Source: Gammaproteobacteria bacterium (lineage in GTDB: Bacteria > Pseudomonadota > Gammaproteobacteria > Ga0077536). From it: a stretch of DNA of 64,000 nt. The first letter of the stretch is position 1. Every line of letters begins with the position of its first letter. Location: NCBI GenBank assembly GCA_963662545.2, contig CAXXLL010000003.1, positions 448,001 to 512,000 on the forward strand, in the 5' to 3' direction. Both the position numbers and the translations under genes were made by a program. Below, in pieces: positions 33,716 through 42,590 of the stretch. Below the pieces are notes generated by a model. That model saw only the letters and a program-made list of their open reading frames with translations, was not told the origin of the DNA and made no database searches.

Positions 33716-36130
33716 TCATGGCAGGGGACCATTCTTTACGAAACCATCGATCACGTTCTGCATGATGCGGGAGATATTATTGTCGTAACCATTGTGTGAC
33801 AGGGACCCGATCCAGGTCATCGATCCGACCGAGAACACCGCGCCGTCGTTCGGCGTTTTGTAATAAACGATGTCCGCGCGTGTCCTGGGATTGGATTCGC
33901 CGGTGCCCGCCAGAAAGCTGCCGCGCGCATGAAAGGTCGAATCCTCGGATACGCTGACGTAAATGTCATTATGGCCTTCGGAATGCGCGAGCAGGTAGGC
34001 GCGGTGCGGTGTACCGAGTTCGAGATCGTAGCGATCGAGTTCGAGGCCCGCCGCGCCACCACCGACTAAGCCAAAGTCGCCAATCGGCTCGTCCTTGCTG
34101 ACACCGTCCATGATCCAGGCGCACTCCGGCAGTTCGCTGTCGGGCGCGCGCCGATAATAGGACGAATAAGTCAGGCCAAACGAAGTAAAGACCACGCCCA
34201 GCAATTTCGACATCACGCGTCCGCGTACACGCCACAGGCCGCCGTGTTTACCGTCGAAGGCATTGCAGTATTCGCCGGGCTGGATGGTCCAGGCGCGCGT
34301 ACCGTTGTCGCCCTTGCGCACTTCTATGATGTTGGGGTTGTCCGGGTGCGGCACGGTTACCCAGTAAAATCCATTGGCCGCGAGATAGCACCAGCGCCCG
34401 CCTTGCATCTGATAATCGTGATAGGCATCCATCATGTGCTCGCTGATGTATTCCGGATGATGGCCGGTCAGCACGCAGCGGTATTGATTGAGCAGGTCGA
34501 TGCCTTCGCGTTCGAGATCTTCGTCACAGTGATAGTCGACGGCGTAGCCCTTCTCTTCCAGCCAGTCGACCAGGTGCAGATCTGCGTTGAGCTGCCATAG
34601 CGAGGGCGACAAGACGTGTATGTATTTCGGCCGCATGTTCAAGATCGGGCGCAGCCGGGAAGACACGTTGACGCCCCAGCCGTCGCGATAAGTGGTGTAG
34701 GTACCGAGCCCATAACCCCGCTCCTTGTTGAGCAGCAGATCGCCGGGCTGCAACAAGGGCACCTGGCCGGTCAGCAACTGCGCGACCACGGAGTTGACGC
34801 TCAGATTGTCGTTGGCATAAGCCATGTAGCTAAAGGTGGACATGATCACCGCGATCTCAGCGCCGGATCCGCCGGCCGGCGGTCGCACGAAGAACGGAAT
34901 ATAGTCCTCGGTTTCGGCGATCGCCTCACCATTGACTCGCATTCTCAACGCGTAAACTCCGCTGCGAGTGCCTTCGGGCACCGCCCAGCTCAATTGCGAT
35001 TCCCAGCGTGCGTCGTCGACCGATTCGTCGTGGAAATGGATAGCGCCGTACTCTTGTGGACCATGCTTGAAGCTCATGTAGTCCGACGACCAATTGAATC
35101 CCGGTACGCCGCGCACCGGCATGTTCACGCCTTGTCCGTCAGCGCCATCGATCCCGGTATCAATAATGGTCGTCGAGGCCGCGTTCTCGCCGATGTTCGC
35201 GGCGAAATCCCAGGCTCCGACGACGCTCGCGCGCATTTCATTCGGAAGGTACTCGACGCCGGCTGCGCCGAGGAGCATTTCAATCTCGGCTTGGGACATC
35301 GCGCGCTCGGCGATCCGGGGCCGCTCGATCTTGCCGTTGTACTTGTCCGTGTGCGCGGGGATCTCCCAGGGCTCGGTGAGATCCTTGAAATGCGCGCCGC
35401 CGATCGACCGGCCCGAGTATGTCTTCAAGGTACTGGCCGCCATCAGGAACGGGCAGTCGTTGGTTGCGGGCGCGGCGCCCGCAAGCGTGGTCTCGACCGA
35501 AGCATCGGTGTCTTCGAGGGGGTGCAGCATGCTCATGCCGTGTCCGGCGTTGGTGTTGGTGACGACGGCTTTTTGCGAAACGTACACGGTGCCCGACGCG
35601 ACATCGTAACTTGCCGCGACCTTGTACCAGACTTTGCGAAAGAGCGGCTTGCCGGTGGAAATTTCCTCGCCCCGGCCGTTGCCAGGACCGAGCTTCAGCG
35701 AGAGTTCCCCGGCCTCGTTGATAAACAGGCCGTAACCGGTCTGTTCCGCTGCGTTCCACTTGGTGAGTATGCCCTGTGTACCGACGGCGACGCCCTCGTT
35801 ATCGGTGAGGGGCGTCGTCGGATAGACATAGGCACACAGCGTAAAGCTTCGAACATCGAAGCGCTTCGAGTGCGGCACCATGACGTAGCTGCCGGCATGC
35901 AGCGGCTGGTGCTTGCCCTGGTGCGTGCCGCTCAGCGGCGAGGCGATCAATTCTTCCTTGAAACCGGGGCCCTGTGGATTCGTATCGCCGTGAATCAGGC
36001 GGACGATTTCCGCTTCGAAGGATTCATTCTGCTCCGCGTTGACATGGAACCGTACGGTGTCGCCGGGCCGCGCCGAAAAGCGATCAGAGTAGCCTGTGAT
36101 TCTTAGCATGCATGACTGCGTGTCGGCCAT
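33716..36130 (-). CDS. N,N-dimethylformamidase large (beta) subunit family protein, module A
   Basis: VRLIHGDTNPQGPG, AIHFHDE, SYMAYAN, GTYTTYRDG, GHHPEY and ANGFYW. Confidence 0.92.
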   Translation of the reverse strand: MADTQSCMLRITGYSDRFSARPGDTVRFHVNAEQNESFEAEIVRLIHGDTNPQGPGFKEELIASPLSGTHQGKHQPLHAGSYVMVPHSKRFDVRSFTLCAYVYPTTPLTDNEGVAVGTQGILTKWNAAEQTGYGLFINEAGELSLKLGPGNGRGEEISTGKPLFRKVWYKVAASYDVASGTVYVSQKAVVTNTNAGHGMSMLHPLEDTDASVETTLAGAAPATNDCPFLMAASTLKTYSGRSIGGAHFKDLTEPWEIPAHTDKYNGKIERPRIAERAMSQAEIEMLLGAAGVEYLPNEMRASVVGAWDFAANIGENAASTTIIDTGIDGADGQGVNMPVRGVPGFNWSSDYMSFKHGPQEYGAIHFHDESVDDARWESQLSWAVPEGTRSGVYALRMRVNGEAIAETEDYIPFFVRPPAGGSGAEIAVIMSTFSYMAYANDNLSVNSVVAQLLTGQVPLLQPGDLLLNKERGYGLGTYTTYRDGWGVNVSSRLRPILNMRPKYIHVLSPSLWQLNADLHLVDWLEEKGYAVDYHCDEDLEREGIDLLNQYRCVLTGHHPEYISEHMMDAYHDYQMQGGRWCYLAANGFYWVTVPHPDNPNIIEVRKGDNGTRAWTIQPGEYCNAFDGKHGGLWRVRGRVMSKLLGVVFTSFGLTYSSYYRRAPDSELPECAWIMDGVSKDEPIGDFGLVGGGAAGLELDRYDLELGTPHRAYLLAHSEGHNDIYVSVSEDSTFHARGSFLAGTGESNPRTRADIVYYKTPNDGAVFSVGSMTWIGSLSHNGYDNNISRIMQNVIDGFVKNGPLP

Positions 36131-36133
36131 CGT

Positions 36134-36571
36134 CTAGACCTCCATGTCAATGCCGTAGTGCTCGCACAGCGCCTTCAAGCGTTTGAGAAAGATCGCGTGT
36201 TCTGCATCTTCGCGCTTCGGGTAGGTCTCGCCGGTCAGTTCGACCACTCCGCCCCGCCGTCCGGGCAGGATCGCGATGGTGTATTCTTCCCAGGGTTTCG
36301 TTTCGACGATAGTGTGCTTGCCCGCTTGCGGTATCACGCGCAGCTTGTCGAGCAGGCGCTTGAGCGGCAGGCTGTTTAAAGGGGCCGCTTCACCGGCCTG
36401 GGTCGCCGCGCCGCGAGGGGCCTTACGGTGTTCGGCGATGATTTCGTCGCGCGAAGCCTTCTGCGCTAGATGCGGCAAGATGTACATCCGAGTGTCATAG
36501 TCGTCGACCGCTGCAAAGGAATGATCTTTCTGCAGCGCCGTATCGGGTTTGGCGTGAGATTCTCTGGCCAT
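36134..36571 (-). CDS. N,N-dimethylformamidase small (alpha) subunit-like protein, module A
   Basis: IAEHRKAP.G...LKRLLDKLR..P..GKH...PWEEY.I...DAEHAIFLKR; GGAGG RBS. Confidence 0.8.
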   Translation of the reverse strand: MARESHAKPDTALQKDHSFAAVDDYDTRMYILPHLAQKASRDEIIAEHRKAPRGAATQAGEAAPLNSLPLKRLLDKLRVIPQAGKHTIVETKPWEEYTIAILPGRRGGVVELTGETYPKREDAEHAIFLKRLKALCEHYGIDMEV

Positions 36572-36786
36572 TCGAGTTCCTCCGTGACGCCGCCGCGGCC
36601 GACCTCAGAAGACGGAAAGGTCGGCCCAATCGCCTAGAAACACCTCTTGGCGGGCGTTCCAAAAGTTTCACTGTATGAATTATTATTTAATAACGTTAAA
36701 ACTCTAACCGGTATCGAGTCAAGTTCGATACGGGGGGCTTGGTCTGCCTCGGGTATCGGTTTATACGCTGGTTCGACTTGGCTAAC

Positions 36787-37944
36787 ATGCTAGCGCCGAT
36801 GAATTCGATTCACACCGCACCCGTTTCCGTCGAACCCGTCAATGACGCGCGCCGCCTGAATGAATTTATTCGCGTGCCCTGGCGTGTCTTTCGCGACGAC
36901 CCCCACTGGGTACCGCCGCTTTTGATCGAGAGAAAAGACGCGCTGTCGCCCAAGCAGCCGGTATTCGGACATCTCGAATGGCAGGCCTGGGTCGCCTACC
37001 GAGACGGCGTGCCGATCGGCCGAATCTCGGCACAGATCGACCAGCTCCACCTCGAACGGTATCAGGACGGCACGGGTTTCTTTGGCTTCTTAGATGCCTG
37101 TGACGACGGCGCGGTGTTCGAAGCCCTTTTTGAGCAGGCTGAATCCTGGCTCATCGCGCGAGGCATACGGCGCGCGCGCGGACCATTTTCTCTCAATATC
37201 AACCAGGAAGTCGGCGTGCTGGTCAACGGTTTCGAAACACCGCCCTATTTCATGATGGGGCATGCCCGGCCCTATTACGGCGCAAGTATCGAACGCGCAG
37301 GCTACGGCAAGGCGATGGACGTTTTCGCCTATTTGATCAGCTCGAAGTTCGAACCACCGGCGGTGCTCGCCGCATTGATCGAACGATTGCGGAAACGCAT
37401 GCATATACGACCGCTGCAGCGCAAACACGCGGACGAAGACCTGGAGAAGATGCGCGAAATATTCAACGACGCATGGTCCGACAACTGGGGCTTCTTGCCG
37501 TTTGGCCGGGACGAGTTTCGCGCGATCGGCCGTGAGATGCTGATGCTCGTTCCCCACGATTTCATACAGATTGCCGAGATGAACGGCGAGGCGGTCGCGT
37601 TCATTGTTCTCCTGCCGAACCTGAATGAGGCGATCCGAGACTTGAATGGCCACTTGCTGCCCTTCGGTTGGGCCAAGCTCATTCATCGATTGAAGATCAA
37701 CTACCCGCGCACCGCACGTATTCCGCTGATGGGCGTACGCAAGAAACTTCACAATACGCGTCTTGGCCCCGGGCTTGCCTTGTCCGTGGTGCTCGCTCTT
37801 CAAGCGCCTGGACTCAGAAAGGGTCTTGAAGAGGTTGAGATGTCGTGGATACTGGAGGATAACGAAGCGATGAAGAACATGATTGAATCGCTCGGTGGGT
37901 ACGTCTCCAAGCGTTATCGCATCTACGAAAAAGACATCGCCTGA
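36787..37944 (+). CDS. bacterial ceramide synthase (bCerS-like double-GNAT acyltransferase)
   Basis: DPHWVPPL..ER, GRISAQID, FFGF, IFNDAWSDNWGF, LLPFGWAKL, EMSWILEDN; lies in the spt/acp/cerR cluster. Confidence 0.82.
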   Translation: MLAPMNSIHTAPVSVEPVNDARRLNEFIRVPWRVFRDDPHWVPPLLIERKDALSPKQPVFGHLEWQAWVAYRDGVPIGRISAQIDQLHLERYQDGTGFFGFLDACDDGAVFEALFEQAESWLIARGIRRARGPFSLNINQEVGVLVNGFETPPYFMMGHARPYYGASIERAGYGKAMDVFAYLISSKFEPPAVLAALIERLRKRMHIRPLQRKHADEDLEKMREIFNDAWSDNWGFLPFGRDEFRAIGREMLMLVPHDFIQIAEMNGEAVAFIVLLPNLNEAIRDLNGHLLPFGWAKLIHRLKINYPRTARIPLMGVRKKLHNTRLGPGLALSVVLALQAPGLRKGLEEVEMSWILEDNEAMKNMIESLGGYVSKRYRIYEKDIA

Positions 37945-37953
37945 CCAGCCCCG

Positions 37954-38736
37954 ATGGACGCAATGTGCGCAATCGTACTGGCCGGCGAGCGGCCCGGCGT
38001 CAATCGATTTGCCCTGGAACACGGAAAGGCGGCCGGCGTGCTGATTCCGGTGGCCGGCCGGTCCTGCATCGAACGCGTCATTACGACGCTCAGGACAAGC
38101 GCGGCGATTTCGGGGGGCATGATCGTCGGGCCGGCAGCGGCGGTCGTCGAAACGGACGCGGTGATGCAGTCGCTCATCGGCACAGGAGATTTTCACTGGA
38201 TCGAACCCGCGCGCGGGCCTTCGGCGAGTGCGCTCTCGGCCGTAGACCATTTAGGCCGCTATCCCGCCTTGATTACGGTTGGCGATCATGCGCTGCTCGA
38301 GCCTCATGTCGTCGATGAATTTTGCGCTACGGCCGTGCAATCGCACGCGGATTTCGTCGCCGGGCTGGTTCCCTTAGAGACCGTGAAGATCGCATTTCCC
38401 GAATCGCGGCGCACGATACTGCGATTCAGCGACGCCGCTTTCTGCAGCAGCAATTTGTTCCTCATCAAGAATCCGCAGGGCCGGGCCGCGCTGCGCTTGT
38501 GGACGCGGCTGGAAGACGACCGCAAGCGTCCTTGGCGGATCGCCGGGCAACTCAGATGGCTGACGCTGGCGCGGTATCTCACGCGCACTCTCTCGACCCG
38601 CGATACCTTTAACATACTGTCGAAGCGCAGCGGCTGCGAGGTCGTACACTGCACGGTAGACAATGCCAGAGCGGCCGTTGACATCGATTCCAACGATGAT
38701 CTTCGACTCGCCGAACGGGTACTTGCCGATGTCTGA
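37954..38736 (+). CDS. MobA-like NTP transferase (nucleotidyltransferase)
   Basis: AIVLAG.R, GPSAS, DHALL, E.DRKRPW and AAVDID. Confidence 0.8.
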   Translation: MDAMCAIVLAGERPGVNRFALEHGKAAGVLIPVAGRSCIERVITTLRTSAAISGGMIVGPAAAVVETDAVMQSLIGTGDFHWIEPARGPSASALSAVDHLGRYPALITVGDHALLEPHVVDEFCATAVQSHADFVAGLVPLETVKIAFPESRRTILRFSDAAFCSSNLFLIKNPQGRAALRLWTRLEDDRKRPWRIAGQLRWLTLARYLTRTLSTRDTFNILSKRSGCEVVHCTVDNARAAVDIDSNDDLRLAERVLADV

Positions 38737-39484
38737 CTCGACTTCCCGGGAGCAAGGGATCAAAGCATGGCGGCGCAAACTCGTTCACCGCTTAGGCAAA
38801 AAGTTCCTGCGCTCAATTCTCGACTTCCAGGGCCGCCATTCACGGATCGGCACAGAGCCCGTCCTCGACAATGCAACTTTCAATTGGGTGCCCCAGCTCG
38901 AGGCTTCTTGGCCGCAGATCCGCTCCGAATTCGAGCAGGTTTGGGCCTATCCCGAGGATATACCCGCCTTTCATCAAATTTCGCCCGATCAGGCGCGCAT
39001 CTCGAAAGGAGATCATTGGAAAACCTTCGTACTTTTTATCTTCGGCAGGAAAATCCAACCGAATTGTGGTGAATGTCCGATCACTACGGCGCTTCTAGCC
39101 GGATTGCCGGGATTGCAAAACGCCTGGTTTTCGATCCTCGCGCCGCACTATCACATTCCGCCGCACCGGGGACCGACGCGCGCGTTGGTGCGCTGCCATC
39201 TCGCGCTGCGCGTCCCCGCGCAGGCCGAAAAATGCTGGATTCGAATCGACGAACAGATCTGTCAATGGGAAGAAGGTAAATGCCTGCTGTTCGATGACAC
39301 CTACGAGCACGAAGTCACCAACGACACGCCGGAATTCCGTGCAGTGCTGTTTCTGGATTTCGACCGGCCCATGGATCGCCTCGGGACGTGGTTTAATCGT
39401 TTCATATTAACGATCGTGCAGGCGACACACTATGTCAAAGACCCGATTCGAAATCTCGCCGAGTGGAATCGCCGCATATCCTAA
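38729..39484 (+). CDS. aspartyl/asparaginyl beta-hydroxylase (LpxO-like Fe/2OG dioxygenase)
   Basis: FSIL.P..HIPPHRG...RCHL.L, W.EG...LFDDTYEHEV.N...RAVLF.D. Confidence 0.88.
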   Translation: MSDSTSREQGIKAWRRKLVHRLGKKFLRSILDFQGRHSRIGTEPVLDNATFNWVPQLEASWPQIRSEFEQVWAYPEDIPAFHQISPDQARISKGDHWKTFVLFIFGRKIQPNCGECPITTALLAGLPGLQNAWFSILAPHYHIPPHRGPTRALVRCHLALRVPAQAEKCWIRIDEQICQWEEGKCLLFDDTYEHEVTNDTPEFRAVLFLDFDRPMDRLGTWFNRFILTIVQATHYVKDPIRNLAEWNRRIS

Positions 39485-39591
39485 CGCACTCCCTGACGCC
39501 CGAGCGGACGGTTGCGTTATCGAACCGCAACTGCAATCGTGCTAGAGTCGCGCTGAGTTTACCGGCAAAAATTCTACAGAAAAACAACCCA

Positions 39592-40350
39592 ATGAAAGCG
39601 ATTATTCTGAGTGCCGGCCAGGGTCGACGATTGCTGCCCCTGACCGAAAAACAACCCAAGTGCGCCCTACCGGTCGCTGGGCGGTCCACACTCGAATGGC
39701 AGCTTCAGGAAATCGCGCGCTGCGATATCGACGAAGTCGTAGTCGTCACCGGATTCGGCGCCGATAAGGTCGACGAGATCGTCGCCCGCCAAACCGCAAT
39801 GCCCGTGCGCACACTCTACAATCCCTTCTACGCGCGCTGCGACAATCTCGGCACGTGCTGGGTGGCCCGTATCGAAATGAATCAGCCCTTCGTAATTATC
39901 AACGGGGATACACTGTTCGAAGCCGCGATCCTGCGCAAACTGCTGGACAGCAACACCGCTGCGCCAATCAAGCTGGTGACCGACACCAAAGCCGCTTATG
40001 ACAGCGACGATATGAAAGTAATCGTCGAGCAGGGGCGCCTGCGGCGCGTCAGTAAGCAGCTCGATACAGGCAAGGTCAACAGTGAATCGATCGGCATGAT
40101 GTCCTTTCGTGCTAACGGCCCCGGCGCATTCAGCCAAAAAGTGGAACATCTGATGCGCTCGAGCGAGGGCGTCAAGCAGTGGTATCTTTCCGCGATCGAC
40201 GAACTCGCCCAGGTAGGCCTCGTCGCGTCTTGTCCAATCGACGGCCTCAGCTGGTGCGAAATCGACGATCACGCCGATCTCGAATACGCCGCGACCGTCG
40301 TCAGCGAATGGGTTTCGACCGTCGATCCGGTCGCATCGGCCTGCGGCTGA
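39592..40350 (+). CDS. LicC-like cytidylyltransferase (phosphocholine cytidylyltransferase family)
   Basis: MKAIILSAGQGRRL.PLT...PKC, NGDTLF, YD.DDMKV, ESIG and WCEID. Confidence 0.85.
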   Translation: MKAIILSAGQGRRLLPLTEKQPKCALPVAGRSTLEWQLQEIARCDIDEVVVVTGFGADKVDEIVARQTAMPVRTLYNPFYARCDNLGTCWVARIEMNQPFVIINGDTLFEAAILRKLLDSNTAAPIKLVTDTKAAYDSDDMKVIVEQGRLRRVSKQLDTGKVNSESIGMMSFRANGPGAFSQKVEHLMRSSEGVKQWYLSAIDELAQVGLVASCPIDGLSWCEIDDHADLEYAATVVSEWVSTVDPVASACG

Positions 40351-40388
40351 ATTGGCGTTCCTGACAATGGGACCTGCCGGAGCATCTT

Positions 40389-40412
40389 ATTCGCCCGCAA
40401 GCGGGCTCCTAC
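40389..40412 (-). repeat. GTAG-type REP element
   Basis: exact reverse complement of 16455-16478. Confidence 0.75.
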
Positions 40413-40421
40413 AGGGGCCGC

Positions 40422-40853
40422 ATGGACGTGAATGAAACCATCCTCAAGTTTGGCTATCCGGACACTCTGATCGCAGATTATTCTTCCTGGATCGTCTTAT
40501 TGCGGCCGCAGCAGGCGACCCTCGGTGCGCTCATCCTGGCGAGCAAGGAACCCGTACAGGCTTTTGGTGACGTCTCGGCGGCCGGCTGCGAAGAACTCGC
40601 GCAGGTCACGCACGACATTGAACTCGCACTCGAAGCCGCCTTCTCTTTCGACAAGATCAACTACCTGATGCTGATGATGGTCGATAAGGACGTGCATTTT
40701 CACGTAATCCCGCGATACGCGGATGGTCGCTCGTTTGAGGGGATTGAATTCGAGGATCCGGGCTGGCCGGGGCCGCCGCGCCTGGACCACGCAACGAGCA
40801 CGGTCGCGTCCGTTAACAAACGCCTGGTCGATCGTTTAATCGAGGTCTGGTAA
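40422..40853 (+). CDS. HIT-family nucleotide hydrolase
   Basis: KINYLMLMMVD.DVHFHVIPRY (HIT-like motif with the first His replaced by Asp). Confidence 0.82.
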   Translation: MDVNETILKFGYPDTLIADYSSWIVLLRPQQATLGALILASKEPVQAFGDVSAAGCEELAQVTHDIELALEAAFSFDKINYLMLMMVDKDVHFHVIPRYADGRSFEGIEFEDPGWPGPPRLDHATSTVASVNKRLVDRLIEVW

Positions 40854-40899
40854 AAGGGGTCCGCCGGAATATTCGACCTGGCAGCCGCTTTGACGATGC

Positions 40900-41427
40900 T
40901 CAAGAAGCGTCTGGCATGGGCGTCGTCACCACGCGAACACGACCGTCTTCACCCGCGGAAAACTTATCGTCGTCCAACGCGTATTCGATGGACGGACTGC
41001 GAATTGACTGACGCCCCCTCACAACGACGGCCTCTCCCTCGAGCTTGACGGTGCGGCCGTTGGGCTCGAACTCGATATGCTGGCCTCTGCCGTCGAAGAT
41101 TTCTCCGTCATTGGAGCGGCTGACGGATATACGTGCGGGATCGCCGTCGACGACGATCCGGTCCGGGTCTTCCAGCTTGCCAAAAATGTCACCGCGGTTC
41201 GCGTCGATCCGCCATTCGGGCGCCCGCAATTCCAAGCCGCCCTGCAGAAACATGGCGCTGCCGTTTTCTGCTTCGTGCGCTTCGCGGGCGCGCACGATGA
41301 TGGCGTCGTCCAGAATTGCGTAGACGTTCTCAGCATGCACGGACTGACACACGCCGGCAATCGTCACGACCGATATTGCCAGCCGTTTCAGCGCTGATTC
41401 GATCGACAGTTGATTTGACAACCTCAC
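40900..41427 (-). CDS. LptA/OstA-like beta-jellyroll periplasmic protein
   Basis: signal peptide, G.PAR, V.LEG.A.V.RG...I....I.Y and GRVRVV. Confidence 0.72.
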   Translation of the reverse strand: MRLSNQLSIESALKRLAISVVTIAGVCQSVHAENVYAILDDAIIVRAREAHEAENGSAMFLQGGLELRAPEWRIDANRGDIFGKLEDPDRIVVDGDPARISVSRSNDGEIFDGRGQHIEFEPNGRTVKLEGEAVVVRGRQSIRSPSIEYALDDDKFSAGEDGRVRVVTTPMPDAS

Positions 41428-41455
41428 CTGCTCATCATAGCGGATGCGCCGGTAA

Positions 41456-41507
41456 TAGAACCTATCTCAAAATTATCCGCATGTGGATAATATTGAGATA
41501 GGTTGTA
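41456..41507. repeat. 52-bp palindrome resembling two abutted IS/MITE ends
   Basis: TAGAACCTATCTCAAAATTATCC-GCATGT-GGATAATATTGAGATAGGTTGTA; a related single arm TTTTGCGATAGGTTCTA lies near 32696-32712. Confidence 0.7.
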
Positions 41508-41534
41508 ACCATCTTCGTCGCCTTTCCATATGCC

Positions 41535-42590
41535 GTGCTTTTCGATCGCTATCTAATCCGCGAAATCAGCTTGAGTTCCATCGGCGTGGCTATGGCGCTC
41601 ATCGCAATTTTTCTCGCATACAGCTTGAGTCAATTCCTGACCGACGCGGCGAGCGGGCTTTTTAAGGCCGCGGAGGTCGCGCACTTGACGTTCTTCAAAT
41701 CCCTGATCGCTCTCGAAGTACTGTTGCCGCTGGCATTTTATTTCGGGCTCATCGTCGGATTCGGCCGCCTCAATAACCATACCGAAATCATCGCTATGCA
41801 CGCCTCCGGAGTCAGCCGCAATCGACTGCATCGCCCTTTGATCCTGCTGAGCATACTGCTCGCGACGGCGGTTGGCACACTGTCGATCGTAGTGAGGCCG
41901 TGGGCGTACGACGCCATGTACGAGCTGCGGGCGCAGGCAAAGGCGACTTCGGAGCTGAGCCGTATCCGCTCTCAGCGGTTTTACCTGTTCGAGGAGGAAA
42001 ATCGTGCCATTTACATTGAGGACATCGGTAAGAATGGAAAGGAACTCGCTGGGATTTTTATTCGGAATCGTGAAGCGAACGATGTAGAAGTCATTACATC
42101 GACCACGGGGCGATTGGAATCCTTCGTGACCGATACTCGACATCGGCTCGTGTTAAACGATGCGAGCATTTATAAAAGCACGGCCGACGCATCGGACTTT
42201 TACGGAAGGTTCGACACCCTGACGATATTTCTCAACGCCGAACGCAGCGTCGCGCGTGATTATCGGGCAAAAGCGGAGACTACCTCGGCACTGTCCATCT
42301 CAAAGCTGGCCTACGACCGTGCGGAATTTCAATGGCGTCTATCGACGCCGGTGTCAACATTTCTACTCGCACTGACCGCACTCAGGCTGGTCGATTCCAA
42401 ACCCCGCGAGGGCCGCTATACCAGAATACCGGTCGCTATCGGCATATATGCGGTCTACTACAATCTGCTCGGCGTCGGCCGGACCTGGGTCGAGCACGAA
42501 ACCTTGCCAAGCATCTGGTGGGTACCAGCACTTCTCGCATGCGCGATCGCCATGATGTCGGTCCGCCCGCACGCGAGCCGGCGAAGATGA
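41535..42590 (+). CDS. lptF: LptF-family permease (cluster-associated paralog)
   Basis: DRYL.RE, LLPLAF, GRL....EI.AM.ASG and AEFQWR. Confidence 0.88.
   Translation: MLFDRYLIREISLSSIGVAMALIAIFLAYSLSQFLTDAASGLFKAAEVAHLTFFKSLIALEVLLPLAFYFGLIVGFGRLNNHTEIIAMHASGVSRNRLHRPLILLSILLATAVGTLSIVVRPWAYDAMYELRAQAKATSELSRIRSQRFYLFEEENRAIYIEDIGKNGKELAGIFIRNREANDVEVITSTTGRLESFVTDTRHRLVLNDASIYKSTADASDFYGRFDTLTIFLNAERSVARDYRAKAETTSALSISKLAYDRAEFQWRLSTPVSTFLLALTALRLVDSKPREGRYTRIPVAIGIYAVYYNLLGVGRTWVEHETLPSIWWVPALLACAIAMMSVRPHASRRR

Noticed and set aside
31290-36106. Long antisense ORFs (483 aa and 496 aa) opposite both DMFase-like large subunits
   Set aside because: Codon-register shadows typical of GC-rich genes; no motifs or RBS, and similar shadows occur opposite dnaB, radA and bcerS
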